Shown here piece after piece: positions 10,686-20,108 of a DNA stretch of 64,000 nt (its first letter is position 1; every line of letters begins with the position of its first letter). A program made the translations under genes and the position numbers. The stretch comes from an uncultured Gemmatimonadaceae bacterium. GTDB taxonomy: Bacteria > Gemmatimonadota > Gemmatimonadetes > Gemmatimonadales > Gemmatimonadaceae. The stretch lies in assembly GCA_963817955.1 (NCBI GenBank), contig CAWFQK010000004.1, forward strand, positions 96,001-160,000, written 5' to 3'. A model generated the notes under the pieces. That model had not been told where the DNA came from. It saw only the letters and a program-made list of their open reading frames with translations, and made no database searches.

Positions 10686-11437
10686 TCGGCTTGAAAGGAA
10701 AGCGGGTGTTAGTGACTGGTGGGTCGCGTGGTATTGGCGCGGCCACCGCGCGACTGTTCGCCGAGCATGGCGTGCACGTGGCCATCGGCTACCGGAGTCG
10801 GCGCGACACCGCCGAGGCGCTTGTCACCGCTCTGCAAGGACTCGGCGTGACGGCGACGGCGCTCGCGTCGGACATCTCAACGCCCGATGGCGCGCAGCAA
10901 CTCGTCGACCATGCTGTCTCGGCGCTCGGGGGGCTGGACTTCTTCGTCGGCAATGCGGGCATCTGGCCCTGCGACGAGGTGGCGCTTCACGCCATGACCG
11001 ACGAGCAGTGGCGTCGCACGATGGCGGAGAATGTCGATTCGGTGTTCTACACGACGCGCGCCGTGATCCGTGCGATCGGCGATGGCGGTCGTATCGTCCT
11101 CGTCTCGAGCACCGCTGGTCAGCGTGGCGAAGCGTTCCACGCCGACTATGCGGCCTCGAAGGGCGCGATGATCTCCTTGGTGAAGTCATTGGCGCCAGAG
11201 CTTGGCAAGCGAGAGATCACCGTGAACAGCGTCGCGCCGGGATGGGTGGACACGGAAATGTGCGAGCAGCCGTTTGCCGACGGCGGCCGCGATCGCATCT
11301 CGGCCGCCATTCCTATCGGACGAATCGCCGCGCCACGGGACATCGCCGGCCCGATCGTGTTCCTCTGCTCTCAGCTCGCCCGCCACATCACGGGAGAAAT
11401 CGTGAATGTGAACGGCGGTAGCGTGCTCTGCGGATGA
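10682..11437 (+). CDS. SDR family oxidoreductase (FabG-like)
   Basis: TGGSRGIG, NAG, YAASK, NSVAPGWVDT. Confidence 0.9.
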   Translation: MIGLKGKRVLVTGGSRGIGAATARLFAEHGVHVAIGYRSRRDTAEALVTALQGLGVTATALASDISTPDGAQQLVDHAVSALGGLDFFVGNAGIWPCDEVALHAMTDEQWRRTMAENVDSVFYTTRAVIRAIGDGGRIVLVSSTAGQRGEAFHADYAASKGAMISLVKSLAPELGKREITVNSVAPGWVDTEMCEQPFADGGRDRISAAIPIGRIAAPRDIAGPIVFLCSQLARHITGEIVNVNGGSVLCG

Positions 11438-12405
11438 TAGTCCTTCTGTTTACCGGCGGCACCATCTCCATGCGTCACGATCCTGTGGCGGGCGGTGCCG
11501 TGCCGACGCTCCGCGGGCGCGACATCGTCGCGCTCGCGCCGGGCATAGAGGGCATTGCCGAGCTGGAAGTGGATGACTGGGGGGCGTATCCGGGACCGCA
11601 CATGACCGTGGAGCGCATGTGGGCGCTCCGGAATCGGATCGTTGAGCATTTGGCGCGACCGGGAGTGAAGGGGGTCGTCGTCACCCATGGCACTGACGCC
11701 CTCGAGGAGTCGGCGTACCTCGTCGCGCGCACCGTGGATGACCAGAAGCCCGTGGTGTTCACCGGCGCCATGCGAACTTCGAGTGATCTCGGCTGGGACG
11801 GTCCGGGCAACCTCGAGGCGTCGGTCCGCGTGGCGGCTAGCGCCGCGGCGCGCGGCTGCGGCGTCGTGGTGGTGATGGCAGATCGCATTCTTGCGGCACT
11901 GGACGTGACCAAGGCTCACACCCACCGGCTGGAAGCATTTGACAGCCCAGGGCTCGGGCCGCTCGGGGTGATCGATGACGGGCATGTCATCTTCCGTCGC
12001 GCATTACCGGCGCCCGTGTCGGTTCTCACGCCAGCCTCGCCCGTCGTGCCCGTGGACATCGTCTACGCTTATGCAGGCGCTGATTCGCGCTTGCTCGATG
12101 CCGCTCGCGTCGACGGCCGCGGGGTGGTGATAGCGGCGATGGGGCGGGGGAATGTGCCGCCGGCGATGGTCGACGGCATCAATCGCTGGATCGCCGAAGA
12201 CAAGCCGGTCGTGATTACCTCCCGTGCCATGCGGGGTCGGGTGGGCTGGACGTACGGATATCCCGGGGGCGGGCGGCGCTTGGCCGAATCGGGGGCGATC
12301 TTCGCCGGTGCGCGCCGGCCGCAGCAGGCGAGAATCGACGTGATGTTGGCGCTCGGGGCGGGTATGGGGCTCGCGGAGATTCGCGAGTTACTCGAGCGGA
12401 TCTGA
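11434..12405 (+). CDS. Asparaginase (class 1, bacterial type)
   Basis: TGGTISM, THGTDALEESAY, FTGAMR. Confidence 0.9.
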   Translation: MIVLLFTGGTISMRHDPVAGGAVPTLRGRDIVALAPGIEGIAELEVDDWGAYPGPHMTVERMWALRNRIVEHLARPGVKGVVVTHGTDALEESAYLVARTVDDQKPVVFTGAMRTSSDLGWDGPGNLEASVRVAASAAARGCGVVVVMADRILAALDVTKAHTHRLEAFDSPGLGPLGVIDDGHVIFRRALPAPVSVLTPASPVVPVDIVYAYAGADSRLLDAARVDGRGVVIAAMGRGNVPPAMVDGINRWIAEDKPVVITSRAMRGRVGWTYGYPGGGRRLAESGAIFAGARRPQQARIDVMLALGAGMGLAEIRELLERI

Positions 12406-12819
12406 CGGCGCGATCGCCACGATGTGCACGGGTTCCCAACGCTCAAAGCACTGCCAGTCATATTCACGCGCGGCTCTAATTTGATCGGGGAAGCCGAAGC
12501 AGTCGGTCCACCCTTCCTGTTCGGCCCGCCACCGACAGTTCCACGCGAATTCAAAGACGTGCGCCTCGGTTCCCGTTTCGAGACGCACCGTTCCGACGAA
12601 ATCGGAACAGCCCGATCGGCCATTCAGCGATACGTGCTCGATCCGCAGATGAGATTCGGCGGTCAGCACGTGCATGAGGAGTCGCTTCACCTTGATTGTT
12701 GGAGCACATCCTTCAATGCGGATGTGCTCGGCGTCGCCGTTCGTCCAAAAGGTTCGGACGGAAGACTTGAAGGATTCCGCGGCTCGCGACTGCGCGAGTA
12801 CTCGCTTCAGTTCGGCCAA
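12388..12819 (-). CDS. Hypothetical protein, Cys/Trp-rich
   Basis: Fills the gap between + strand genes; SGCSDF and WNCRWRA..GWTDCFGFPDQIRAA motifs; TTG start at 12819 chosen from the upstream purine-rich tract (uncertain). Confidence 0.65.
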   Translation of the reverse strand: MAELKRVLAQSRAAESFKSSVRTFWTNGDAEHIRIEGCAPTIKVKRLLMHVLTAESHLRIEHVSLNGRSGCSDFVGTVRLETGTEAHVFEFAWNCRWRAEQEGWTDCFGFPDQIRAAREYDWQCFERWEPVHIVAIAPSDPLE

Positions 12820-12974
12820 ACCTGCCCTCGGGAGATGTCGCGAAGTTAGGTCGCAAACGACTGTCGCAATATCATGGCGCCAGGCCGCAAGTTGCAGTGG
12901 CTGAGCGTCTTTCACCGGCGCGAGGAACCCTGCTATTGTCTACCCTTCGCTCACCTGCACCAAGGAACCACCGG

Positions 12975-14303
12975 ATGATCCGCCTGCATCCACCCGCCAC
13001 GGTGCTCGAGATTGCCGATGCGCTAGAACGTACCGGGCACGAGGCGTGGTGCGTCGGCGGCGCGATCCGTGATGCGCTGCTGGGCCATCCTCATTCGGAC
13101 TGGGATCTGGCGACCTCGGCCACTCCCGCGCAAATGAGAGAGTTGTTCGGAGCGAGGCGGACGATTCCCGTTGGCATAGAGTTCGGTACGGTCGGCGTAC
13201 TCGACCGCGAGGGCGTGATGCACGAAGTCACGACATTTCGACGAGATGTACGAACAGACGGACGACATGCTGAGGTCGAGTTCGGTGCCTCGCTGGATGA
13301 GGACCTTGCCCGTCGCGACTTCACAATCAACGCGATAGCCTACTCACCCCGGCATGGAGAGATTCGAGATCCGTTTCAGGGGCAGCTTGACTTGAGGCGG
13401 AAGCTGGTGCGCGCGGTCGGAGACCCCGACGCCCGGATGCGCGAGGATCGCCTGCGGGCGCTACGCGCCATTCGGTTCGCGGCGCGGTTCGGCTTCACCA
13501 TCGAGGAAGCGACATATCGTGCCATTGCAGACAGTGCACCGCACCTCGGCCGGTTGTCGCCAGAGCGCGTGAAGCAGGAACTGGACAAGACGATGGAACA
13601 AGTGCGCTGTCCAAGTGGCGCGCTGCTGCTCTGGCGCGACACCGGTGCGTTCGCCTCGCTCATCCCGGCGCTCAACGATCTGCCTCGTGGCGCGCTCGAT
13701 GTACCCGATTACCTCGCCATTCCCGGACCCGCTACGCGGCCAGCGAGACGTTCACTGCGCGTTGCTGGTTTGCTGCTCGGGCTCAGTGGCCGAGAGACCG
13801 CGGATGTACTGACGAAGCTTCGCAGCTCCAAACAGGAGTTGCACATGGTCACAACGCTCATTGATCGCTGGCACACGCTTGGTGCAACAATGGGTGTGGC
13901 GGTTCGCGACGCGGCGATCACCGATGGCGAGATTCGTACATGGGTAGCCGCCATTGGCCGGCTGCAGATCGGCGCGTTCATGCGGCTCGCGTCGGCGGCG
14001 TGGAACGCCGCGCGGGCCACTGGGCAGCCGGCGCCACCGTCGGCGGGGGTGCGAGTCCTCTATCGCCGGATGCTGCGCAGCGCGTTCCGCGATGCGATCG
14101 ATCTCGGATCGTTGGCCGTTGACGGCGATGATCTTCGACGGGCGGGTATACCGCCGGGTCCAAGCCTCGGTAAGATTCTCCAGGCGCTCCTCGCGGCGGT
14201 GATCGAGGAGCCGTCACGAAACACGACGGACTGGCTGTTGCAAGACGCACGGCGGCAGCACGACCAGCTGCAGCGTGACCGTGGGCAGGGTGGACGATCG
14301 TAG
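12975..14303 (+). CDS. cca: CCA tRNA nucleotidyltransferase
   Basis: VGGAIRD..LG...DWDLAT, EVTTFR, DLARRDFTINA, EDRLRALRA.RF. Confidence 0.9.
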   Translation: MIRLHPPATVLEIADALERTGHEAWCVGGAIRDALLGHPHSDWDLATSATPAQMRELFGARRTIPVGIEFGTVGVLDREGVMHEVTTFRRDVRTDGRHAEVEFGASLDEDLARRDFTINAIAYSPRHGEIRDPFQGQLDLRRKLVRAVGDPDARMREDRLRALRAIRFAARFGFTIEEATYRAIADSAPHLGRLSPERVKQELDKTMEQVRCPSGALLLWRDTGAFASLIPALNDLPRGALDVPDYLAIPGPATRPARRSLRVAGLLLGLSGRETADVLTKLRSSKQELHMVTTLIDRWHTLGATMGVAVRDAAITDGEIRTWVAAIGRLQIGAFMRLASAAWNAARATGQPAPPSAGVRVLYRRMLRSAFRDAIDLGSLAVDGDDLRRAGIPPGPSLGKILQALLAAVIEEPSRNTTDWLLQDARRQHDQLQRDRGQGGRS

Positions 14304-14314
14304 AGTGGAGCGAC

Positions 14315-14842
14315 ATGTTCTTTCGAGGGCGGCAACCCGAGGCGTCGATCTGGCGTCGGTTCCGAGTCAGTGCCGATGGCTTCACGTTCGCGCAGCAAGG
14401 CGATCTGTACACGGCGCACGTTGTCGCGAACGCGGAGCGTGTCGTCGATCTGTTCTACAGTCTGACGGATCAGCTGCCGCCGGCAGTGGATATCGCGATC
14501 GATGACTTGCGTAGTGGGCGATCGTGGCAAGCCGAATCGGTTGCGCTGCCAGACCTGCGGGAAGCGCTTGCTCGTCTCAAGATACTGCTGGCGCGCTATG
14601 GCGGCGTTGAGTTCTCGGCATACACGGCGGATGATCAACTGACGCTCAATCCGTATCTCGAGCTGTTCATTTACGCGCGGACGGATCGCTGGCTGTATCT
14701 CCTCGAGGGGAAAGGGCTCGAGGAACAGCCGCGCGTGCATAGCAAGAGCTGGAGGACCAATCGCCAGCACTTCCCGGCGGCGCCTGATCTCGTCAATGCC
14801 GTCACGGCGGCGGCGGAGCGGCTGGGGCTTCAGCCCGCGTGA
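14315..14842 (+). CDS. Hypothetical protein
   Basis: ATG with upstream GGAG; in operon context; stop overlaps the next start. Confidence 0.75.
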   Translation: MFFRGRQPEASIWRRFRVSADGFTFAQQGDLYTAHVVANAERVVDLFYSLTDQLPPAVDIAIDDLRSGRSWQAESVALPDLREALARLKILLARYGGVEFSAYTADDQLTLNPYLELFIYARTDRWLYLLEGKGLEEQPRVHSKSWRTNRQHFPAAPDLVNAVTAAAERLGLQPA

Positions 14843-15555
14843 CGCGGCCTGAACTGCTGTACGCGTTGGCCGCCGCCGCCGCCAACATACTCGGTGCGCT
14901 CGCAGTCACATCCCACGCGCGGTGGAGCCTGCGCGCGCTCGACGCCATGTTGTCACTCGCCGCGGGGTTTTTGATTTCGGTCTCGCTGGTGGATCTCTTT
15001 CCGGAGTGCATTCGCGCTACCGGCGCGGTTGCGCCGGCGGTGGTGTTGCTCGCGTACGTGCTGGTGCACCTGACGCAGCACACGATCGGTCGCCACTTCC
15101 ACTTTGGCGAGGAGACTCATTCTGTTTCCGAGCTCGTGAGCGTCTCGGCTCTCGTGGGGTTGCTCATGCACACGTTCGTCGATGGCGTCGCCGTGGCGAG
15201 CGGACTGCGCGTCAGCACGGGTCTCGGGGCCTTGGTATTCGTTGCCGTGCTCCTGCACAAATTTCCCGAAGGGTTGGCAATCTCCAGCCTTTTTCTCGCG
15301 GCTGGTGCATCGCGAGCCACGGCGATCCTAGCGGCCGCAGCACTCGGCGCCACCACGGTGGCCGGAGTGTTGCTCACGGATTCCTGGGGGGTGCTGCGAA
15401 CGTATGGTCTGGCGGTATCCGCTGGTGTGACGCTGTACGTTGGCGCGTCGAACCTCGTGCCGGAGTTTCAGGATCGCCCGGGCCTCCGTATTCCCCTGAG
15501 TTTCGTCGCGGGGTGCGCGTTGTACTTCGCGGCGCGCAGCCTCGCCGTGGGCTGA
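14839..15555 (+). CDS. ZIP family metal transporter
   Basis: Multi-TM; HFHFGEETH loop, HTFVDG and HKFPEG motifs. Confidence 0.9.
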   Translation: MTRPELLYALAAAAANILGALAVTSHARWSLRALDAMLSLAAGFLISVSLVDLFPECIRATGAVAPAVVLLAYVLVHLTQHTIGRHFHFGEETHSVSELVSVSALVGLLMHTFVDGVAVASGLRVSTGLGALVFVAVLLHKFPEGLAISSLFLAAGASRATAILAAAALGATTVAGVLLTDSWGVLRTYGLAVSAGVTLYVGASNLVPEFQDRPGLRIPLSFVAGCALYFAARSLAVG

Positions 15556-15572
15556 GCGCGGACGGTCGAGTC

Positions 15573-16952
15573 ATGGCGGAACATAAGAAACGGGGCAGCG
15601 CGGGTTCAGGCGACGAGGCGTACACGGAGCGTGGCACGGGCTCGTTGTTCGCGCCCAGCATGCCACAGCCGCTCGCGGCGCGCGTGCGTCCGCGTACGCT
15701 CGACGAGATCGTCGGTCAGCGGCACTTGCTCGCGCCTGGCAAGCCGTTGCGGGAGGCGATCGAGAAAGGCACCGTTGGCTCGATGATCTTCTGGGGTCCC
15801 CCCGGCACCGGCAAGACGACGATTGCACGGGTCATTGCGCAGTACACCGATCGCGAGTTCGTTCCGTTTTCCGCCGTCACCGAAGGCGTGCCGCGCGTGC
15901 GCGAGATCGTGGCTGAAGCCGAAGGGCGTCGCCGACTTGGGCGCGGCACCATCCTGTTCGCCGATGAGATTCACCGGTTCAACAAGGCGCAACAGGACGC
16001 GTTTCTGCCGCACGTGGAAGCGGGCACCATCACACTGATCGGCGCCACCACGGAGAACCCATCGTTCGAGATCAACGGCGCGCTGCTGTCGCGTGTGCGC
16101 GTCTTCGTGCTACAAGCGCTCGCCGCCGACGACATCCGCGCGTTGATCGATCGCGCATTGAGTGATGCCGAGCGCGGTCTGGGGGATTGGGGACTCGACG
16201 TGGACGAAGACGCCATGGCCCTGTTGACGGTCGAGGCGGACGGCGACGCCCGACGCGCGCTCACGGTGTTCGAGGCTGCCGCGGAGCATGTGGGGCGTGC
16301 CGGGCGGATCTCCGTAGAGGTGATGCGCGACGCATTGCAGCTTCGCTTCGCCAGGTATGACAAGGGTGGCGAAGAGACGTACAACATGCTCAGTGCGTTT
16401 CACAAGAGTCTCCGAGGGAGTGACCCACAGGCGGCGCTGTACTGGATGGGACGTATGATCGAAGGCGGCGCCGATCCGATGATCATGTTTCGGCGTGCGA
16501 TCGCGATGGCGGCGGAAGACATCGGCCTCGCCGATCCGGAGGCGCTCAAGCTCGCGGTGGCGGCGCGCGATGCCTATCACATGCTCGGCCCGCCGGAGGG
16601 CTACCTGCCGCTGGCGCAGATGATCGTGTATCTCGCAACGGCGCCCAAGTCGAATAGTTCGAAAGTTGCGTTGCATGCCGCGCTGGACGCCGCGCGGCAG
16701 TATCCAGCCGAAGGGGTTCCACTGCACATCAGGAACGCCCCGACGGCGCTGATGAAGGAACTGGGGTATCACTCGGGGTATCAATACGCGCACGACGCAC
16801 CTGAGGCGTACATTCCGCAGGAGTACCTGCCGGAGCCGTTGCGTGGGGTGCGATTCTATGAACCCGGAGGGTTCGGGTTCGAGAAGGAGATCGCCAAGCG
16901 GTTGGCCTGGTGGGAGGAGCTTCGCCGGCGGGCAAACGAGAGCTCGGGGTAG
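15573..16952 (+). CDS. rarA: Replication-associated recombination protein A (MgsA/RarA)
   Basis: PLAARVRP, WGPPGTGKTT, DEIHRFNKAQQD, SAFHKSLRGSD. Confidence 0.96.
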   Translation: MAEHKKRGSAGSGDEAYTERGTGSLFAPSMPQPLAARVRPRTLDEIVGQRHLLAPGKPLREAIEKGTVGSMIFWGPPGTGKTTIARVIAQYTDREFVPFSAVTEGVPRVREIVAEAEGRRRLGRGTILFADEIHRFNKAQQDAFLPHVEAGTITLIGATTENPSFEINGALLSRVRVFVLQALAADDIRALIDRALSDAERGLGDWGLDVDEDAMALLTVEADGDARRALTVFEAAAEHVGRAGRISVEVMRDALQLRFARYDKGGEETYNMLSAFHKSLRGSDPQAALYWMGRMIEGGADPMIMFRRAIAMAAEDIGLADPEALKLAVAARDAYHMLGPPEGYLPLAQMIVYLATAPKSNSSKVALHAALDAARQYPAEGVPLHIRNAPTALMKELGYHSGYQYAHDAPEAYIPQEYLPEPLRGVRFYEPGGFGFEKEIAKRLAWWEELRRRANESSG

Positions 16953-16979
16953 TTGGGGCACTCACATGGAGAGGGCAGG

Positions 16980-17456
16980 ATGAGAAGAGTTGCACTAGTC
17001 GTGGCGGTCTCGGCGGCGATGGCCGGCGGCGCGTGTTCAGCCATCGGACGGGCGGCGTTTCAACAGCCGGTCGTGAGCTTGCGCGATGTGCGGATTCGGG
17101 GCCTCGGCCTGACGGGCGGCAGCTTGGACGTGATTCTGAGCGTCTACAATCCGAATCACTACCGGCTCGACGCCACTCGACTCACCTATCGAGTGAATTT
17201 GGCGGGCGACAGCGTCACGGTGGCGACGGGAGCGCTCGACAGCCGGTTCACCGTACAGGACAATGACTCGACGACCGTTTCGATTCCGGTCAGCTTCACC
17301 TATGCAGGGATCGGCGCGGCCGGGCAAAGCATCATCAACACGGGTGCGGTCAACTATCACGTGGTGGGCGACGTGACGGTCGGCTCTCCCGTGGGTAACT
17401 TCACGGTGCCCTATTCATCCACAGGTCGTTTCACGACGACCGGCATCCGTCGTTAA
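16980..17456 (+). CDS. LEA_2 (WHy) domain lipoprotein
   Basis: Lipobox-like GGAC; VYNPN motif. Confidence 0.8.
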   Translation: MRRVALVVAVSAAMAGGACSAIGRAAFQQPVVSLRDVRIRGLGLTGGSLDVILSVYNPNHYRLDATRLTYRVNLAGDSVTVATGALDSRFTVQDNDSTTVSIPVSFTYAGIGAAGQSIINTGAVNYHVVGDVTVGSPVGNFTVPYSSTGRFTTTGIRR

Positions 17457-17480
17457 GCGTTCGTTGACGAGGAGTCTCAG

Positions 17481-18794
17481 ATAAGCCGCGATTATATCGA
17501 CGTCACGCCGCCGGTCGAGCGGGCGCTCCTCGTGGGTGCGCCGCTCAAGCGACCCGGCGCCCGTCGCGTGACCGACGACCATCTCCGCGAGCTGGCCGAG
17601 CTGGCTGATACGGCCGGCGCGGTGGTGATCGGCGAGATGATTCAGCAGATCGACCGCCCGCATCCCGGGACCTATCTCGGTAAGGGAAAGATCGACGAGC
17701 TTCGCCAACGTGTCGTCGACACCGGCGCGACGCTTGTCATTTTCGATGACGAGCTGTCGCCGAGTCAGGGCAAGAACATCGAGGACGCGATCGGCACGCG
17801 TGTCATGGATCGAGCCGAACTCATTCTCGACATCTTCGCGACGCGCGCGCGTACGAGTGAGGCCAAGGTGCAGGTTGAGCTCGCGCAACTCGAGTACATG
17901 CTGCCTCGCCTCACCCGCATGTGGACGCACCTCGAGAAGTTCCGCGGCGGTATCGGCGTGCGCGGACCAGGGGAAACCCAGCTCGAGACGGACCGGCGGC
18001 TGATCGGCCACCGGATCAAGGTGCTGCGCCAGCGACTCCAGGATGTGCAACAAAGCCGGGCCGTCCAGCGCCAGTCGCGCCAATTGGAGTTCAGGGCGTC
18101 GCTCGTCGGCTACACGAACACCGGCAAGTCGTCGATCCTGCGCGCACTGTCGGGGCAGGAGGTGTTCGTCGAAGATCGACTCTTCGCGACGCTCGATCCG
18201 TTGACGCGAGACGTCGATCTGGGGGACCGGGCACACGTGCTGATCACCGATACGGTGGGCTTCATCCGAAAACTGCCCCACCACCTGGTCGCGTCCTTTC
18301 GCGCGACGCTCGAGGAGACACGGGACGCGGATCTCCTCCTCCACGTGATCGACGCCAGCGCCCCGACCTGGGAAGAGCAGCGGCTCGTCGTCGAACAGGT
18401 GCTCGACGATCTCGGGGTGAACGACCGTCCGAAACTGCTTGTGTTCAACAAGATCGACCTCCTTGGCCACGACGCCTTGCTCGCGTTGCAGGAACGCATC
18501 TGCGCGCTCGTGCCCTCGGCGGTGTTCGTGTCGGCAACGGCCGAAGGGGGCCTCGAACCTCTCCGGCGCGCGCTCGCGGCGGCCATGCGGCAGCGCCGTC
18601 CCCTCACGCGCATCAGCATGTCGCCGTCAGACGGAAGGCTGCTCGCTGAGATCCATCGCGACGGCGAAGTGATCGAGCAGCACATGGAAGGCGACTGCCT
18701 CGTCGTCGAGGCCCGGGTCGATGACGCACTCGCCGGCCGCCTGAGGCGTGCCGGCGCCGAAGTAACCAGCAACGGAAAAGCCCCGCGCGAATGA
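17481..18794 (+). CDS. hflX: GTPase HflX (probable non-canonical ATA start at 17481)
   Basis: ERALLVG, GKGKIDEL, QVELAQLEY, GPGETQLE, VGYTNTGKS, LFATLD, DTVGFI, NKID; GAGGAG lies 6 nt before the in-frame ATA. Confidence 0.95.
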   Translation: MSRDYIDVTPPVERALLVGAPLKRPGARRVTDDHLRELAELADTAGAVVIGEMIQQIDRPHPGTYLGKGKIDELRQRVVDTGATLVIFDDELSPSQGKNIEDAIGTRVMDRAELILDIFATRARTSEAKVQVELAQLEYMLPRLTRMWTHLEKFRGGIGVRGPGETQLETDRRLIGHRIKVLRQRLQDVQQSRAVQRQSRQLEFRASLVGYTNTGKSSILRALSGQEVFVEDRLFATLDPLTRDVDLGDRAHVLITDTVGFIRKLPHHLVASFRATLEETRDADLLLHVIDASAPTWEEQRLVVEQVLDDLGVNDRPKLLVFNKIDLLGHDALLALQERICALVPSAVFVSATAEGGLEPLRRALAAAMRQRRPLTRISMSPSDGRLLAEIHRDGEVIEQHMEGDCLVVEARVDDALAGRLRRAGAEVTSNGKAPRE

Positions 18795-18834
18795 CCTTCG
18801 CGTCGGACATCTTGGCCCTTGCGCTGACCCCCTG

Positions 18835-18879
18835 TTTTCGGAATTAATATATAGGACTACGCTCGTCGCACGACGAGCG
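18835..18879 (+). promoter_or_regulatory. AT-rich -10-like patch followed by a perfect 9-bp hairpin
   Basis: TTTTCGGAATTAATATATAG in a GC-rich background (TAATAT at 18845-18850); CGCTCGTCG-CA-CGACGAGCG at 18860-18879. Confidence 0.45.
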
Positions 18880-18883
18880 GGTG

Positions 18884-20037
18884 CCGAGAAGCAATCGATC
18901 GCTACCCACAGGGGATGCGAGCGTGGCGAGAAGGGATCGGTCGGCGTGCAGAGGGGATGTCCGCGTGTTCAGGTGGGATCCCCGCCTGCTCAAGGGAATC
19001 CCTCGCGGTCGAGACCGAATTGACGCGTGTGCAGCTGGAATCCCTCGCGGTCGAGACCGAATGAGCGCCGATCGAGCAGGGACTCCGGCGCATCCAGCTC
19101 GCACCAGCCGCTGTTCAGGGCGGAGTCATTCCGGTCAAGAGGGAACACCCCGGTGTCGAGCCCGAATGCCGCTCGCGCTACACCGGACCGTCTCGCGCCA
19201 ACATGCCTCTCCCGCGCATCCACGCCCATCTCATGCGCTTCCACCGACAATCCTCGCCCCGTTCGCTGAGACACTGTGACGTCCACCTGAGATTGTGTCT
19301 CGGTCAGGTCGGAGTCTTTCCGGTTGAGATGGAACCCACGCGCGTCGAGGGGTGACTCGTCCGTGGTGAGATGGCACGGCGCCGGTGCAAGCACGAACCC
19401 CTCGCGTGCAAGCACGAACGCCTCGCGGTCAAGCACGAACCCCTCGCAATCAACATCGGACTCGCGGCCGTGCAGGAGGATTAGCGATTCATCTAGCTCG
19501 TATGCCGGCATGCTCACCACCAACTGCACGCCGTGCCGGAGGGATCGACCGGCGTCACGCGGGGAGTCGTCGCCGTCAACATCAGACTCTCGGGCGTCAA
19601 CGTCAGACTCTCGGCCGTTGAGACCTCTCTCGCGCGATGTCACGAGGGACTCATCCGTGTCGACGTGGAATAGATCCGTGTCAACGTGGAATGGGTCCGC
19701 GTCCACAGGCAATGGCTCGGCGTGCACGACCCAGTCGCTCGCGTTCAGCTGGGATGGCTGACGTAACAGCAGGAATGGCTGACGCAGCCGATCGAACCGT
19801 CTCGTGTGCAGGCGCCACGCCCGATCGTGAAGCTCGCAGGCAATCGTCTCGAGGACGGACTCCCCGCGTGACAGGCAAGACCACCGCTTCTCACGCAGAC
19901 ACCCACCGGTCGGAACGAGGCTCCGACTCTTCCGAACACGAGTCTGTCGGTTCCGACGACCATTCCGTCACTCCCGACGACCATTCCGTCGCGTCCGACG
20001 GCAATCGCGACACGTCTCACGCCGGTTGCTCGCTTTC
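18884..20037. repeat. Degenerate tandem array with 21-bp period (about 55 units)
   Basis: Near-identical neighbours: CAAGCACGAAC.CCTCGC x3 at 19388/19409/19430; TCAAC.TCAGACTCTCGG x2 at 19576/19597; CGACGACCATTCCGTC x2 at 19954/19975; an exact 26-mer repeated 42 bp apart at 18995/19037. Phase is held from 19009 onward. Confidence 0.85.
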
Positions 20038-20108
20038 TACTCCGGCGCGTCCGGCGCTCGCCGTGGTGCAGTTCTTTTTCAGCGCCCTCATGGCCACCTG
20101 AAGGCCAT

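Noticed and set aside
16980..18794. Stop-codon read-through fusing the LEA lipoprotein to HflX (same frame)
   Set aside because: The stop is TAA, an exported lipoprotein fused to a cytoplasmic GTPase is implausible, and the SD plus ATA explains hflX more simply.
18884..20037. CRISPR array
   Set aside because: There is no invariant repeat alternating with unique spacers. The period is only 21 bp and no cas genes are present.
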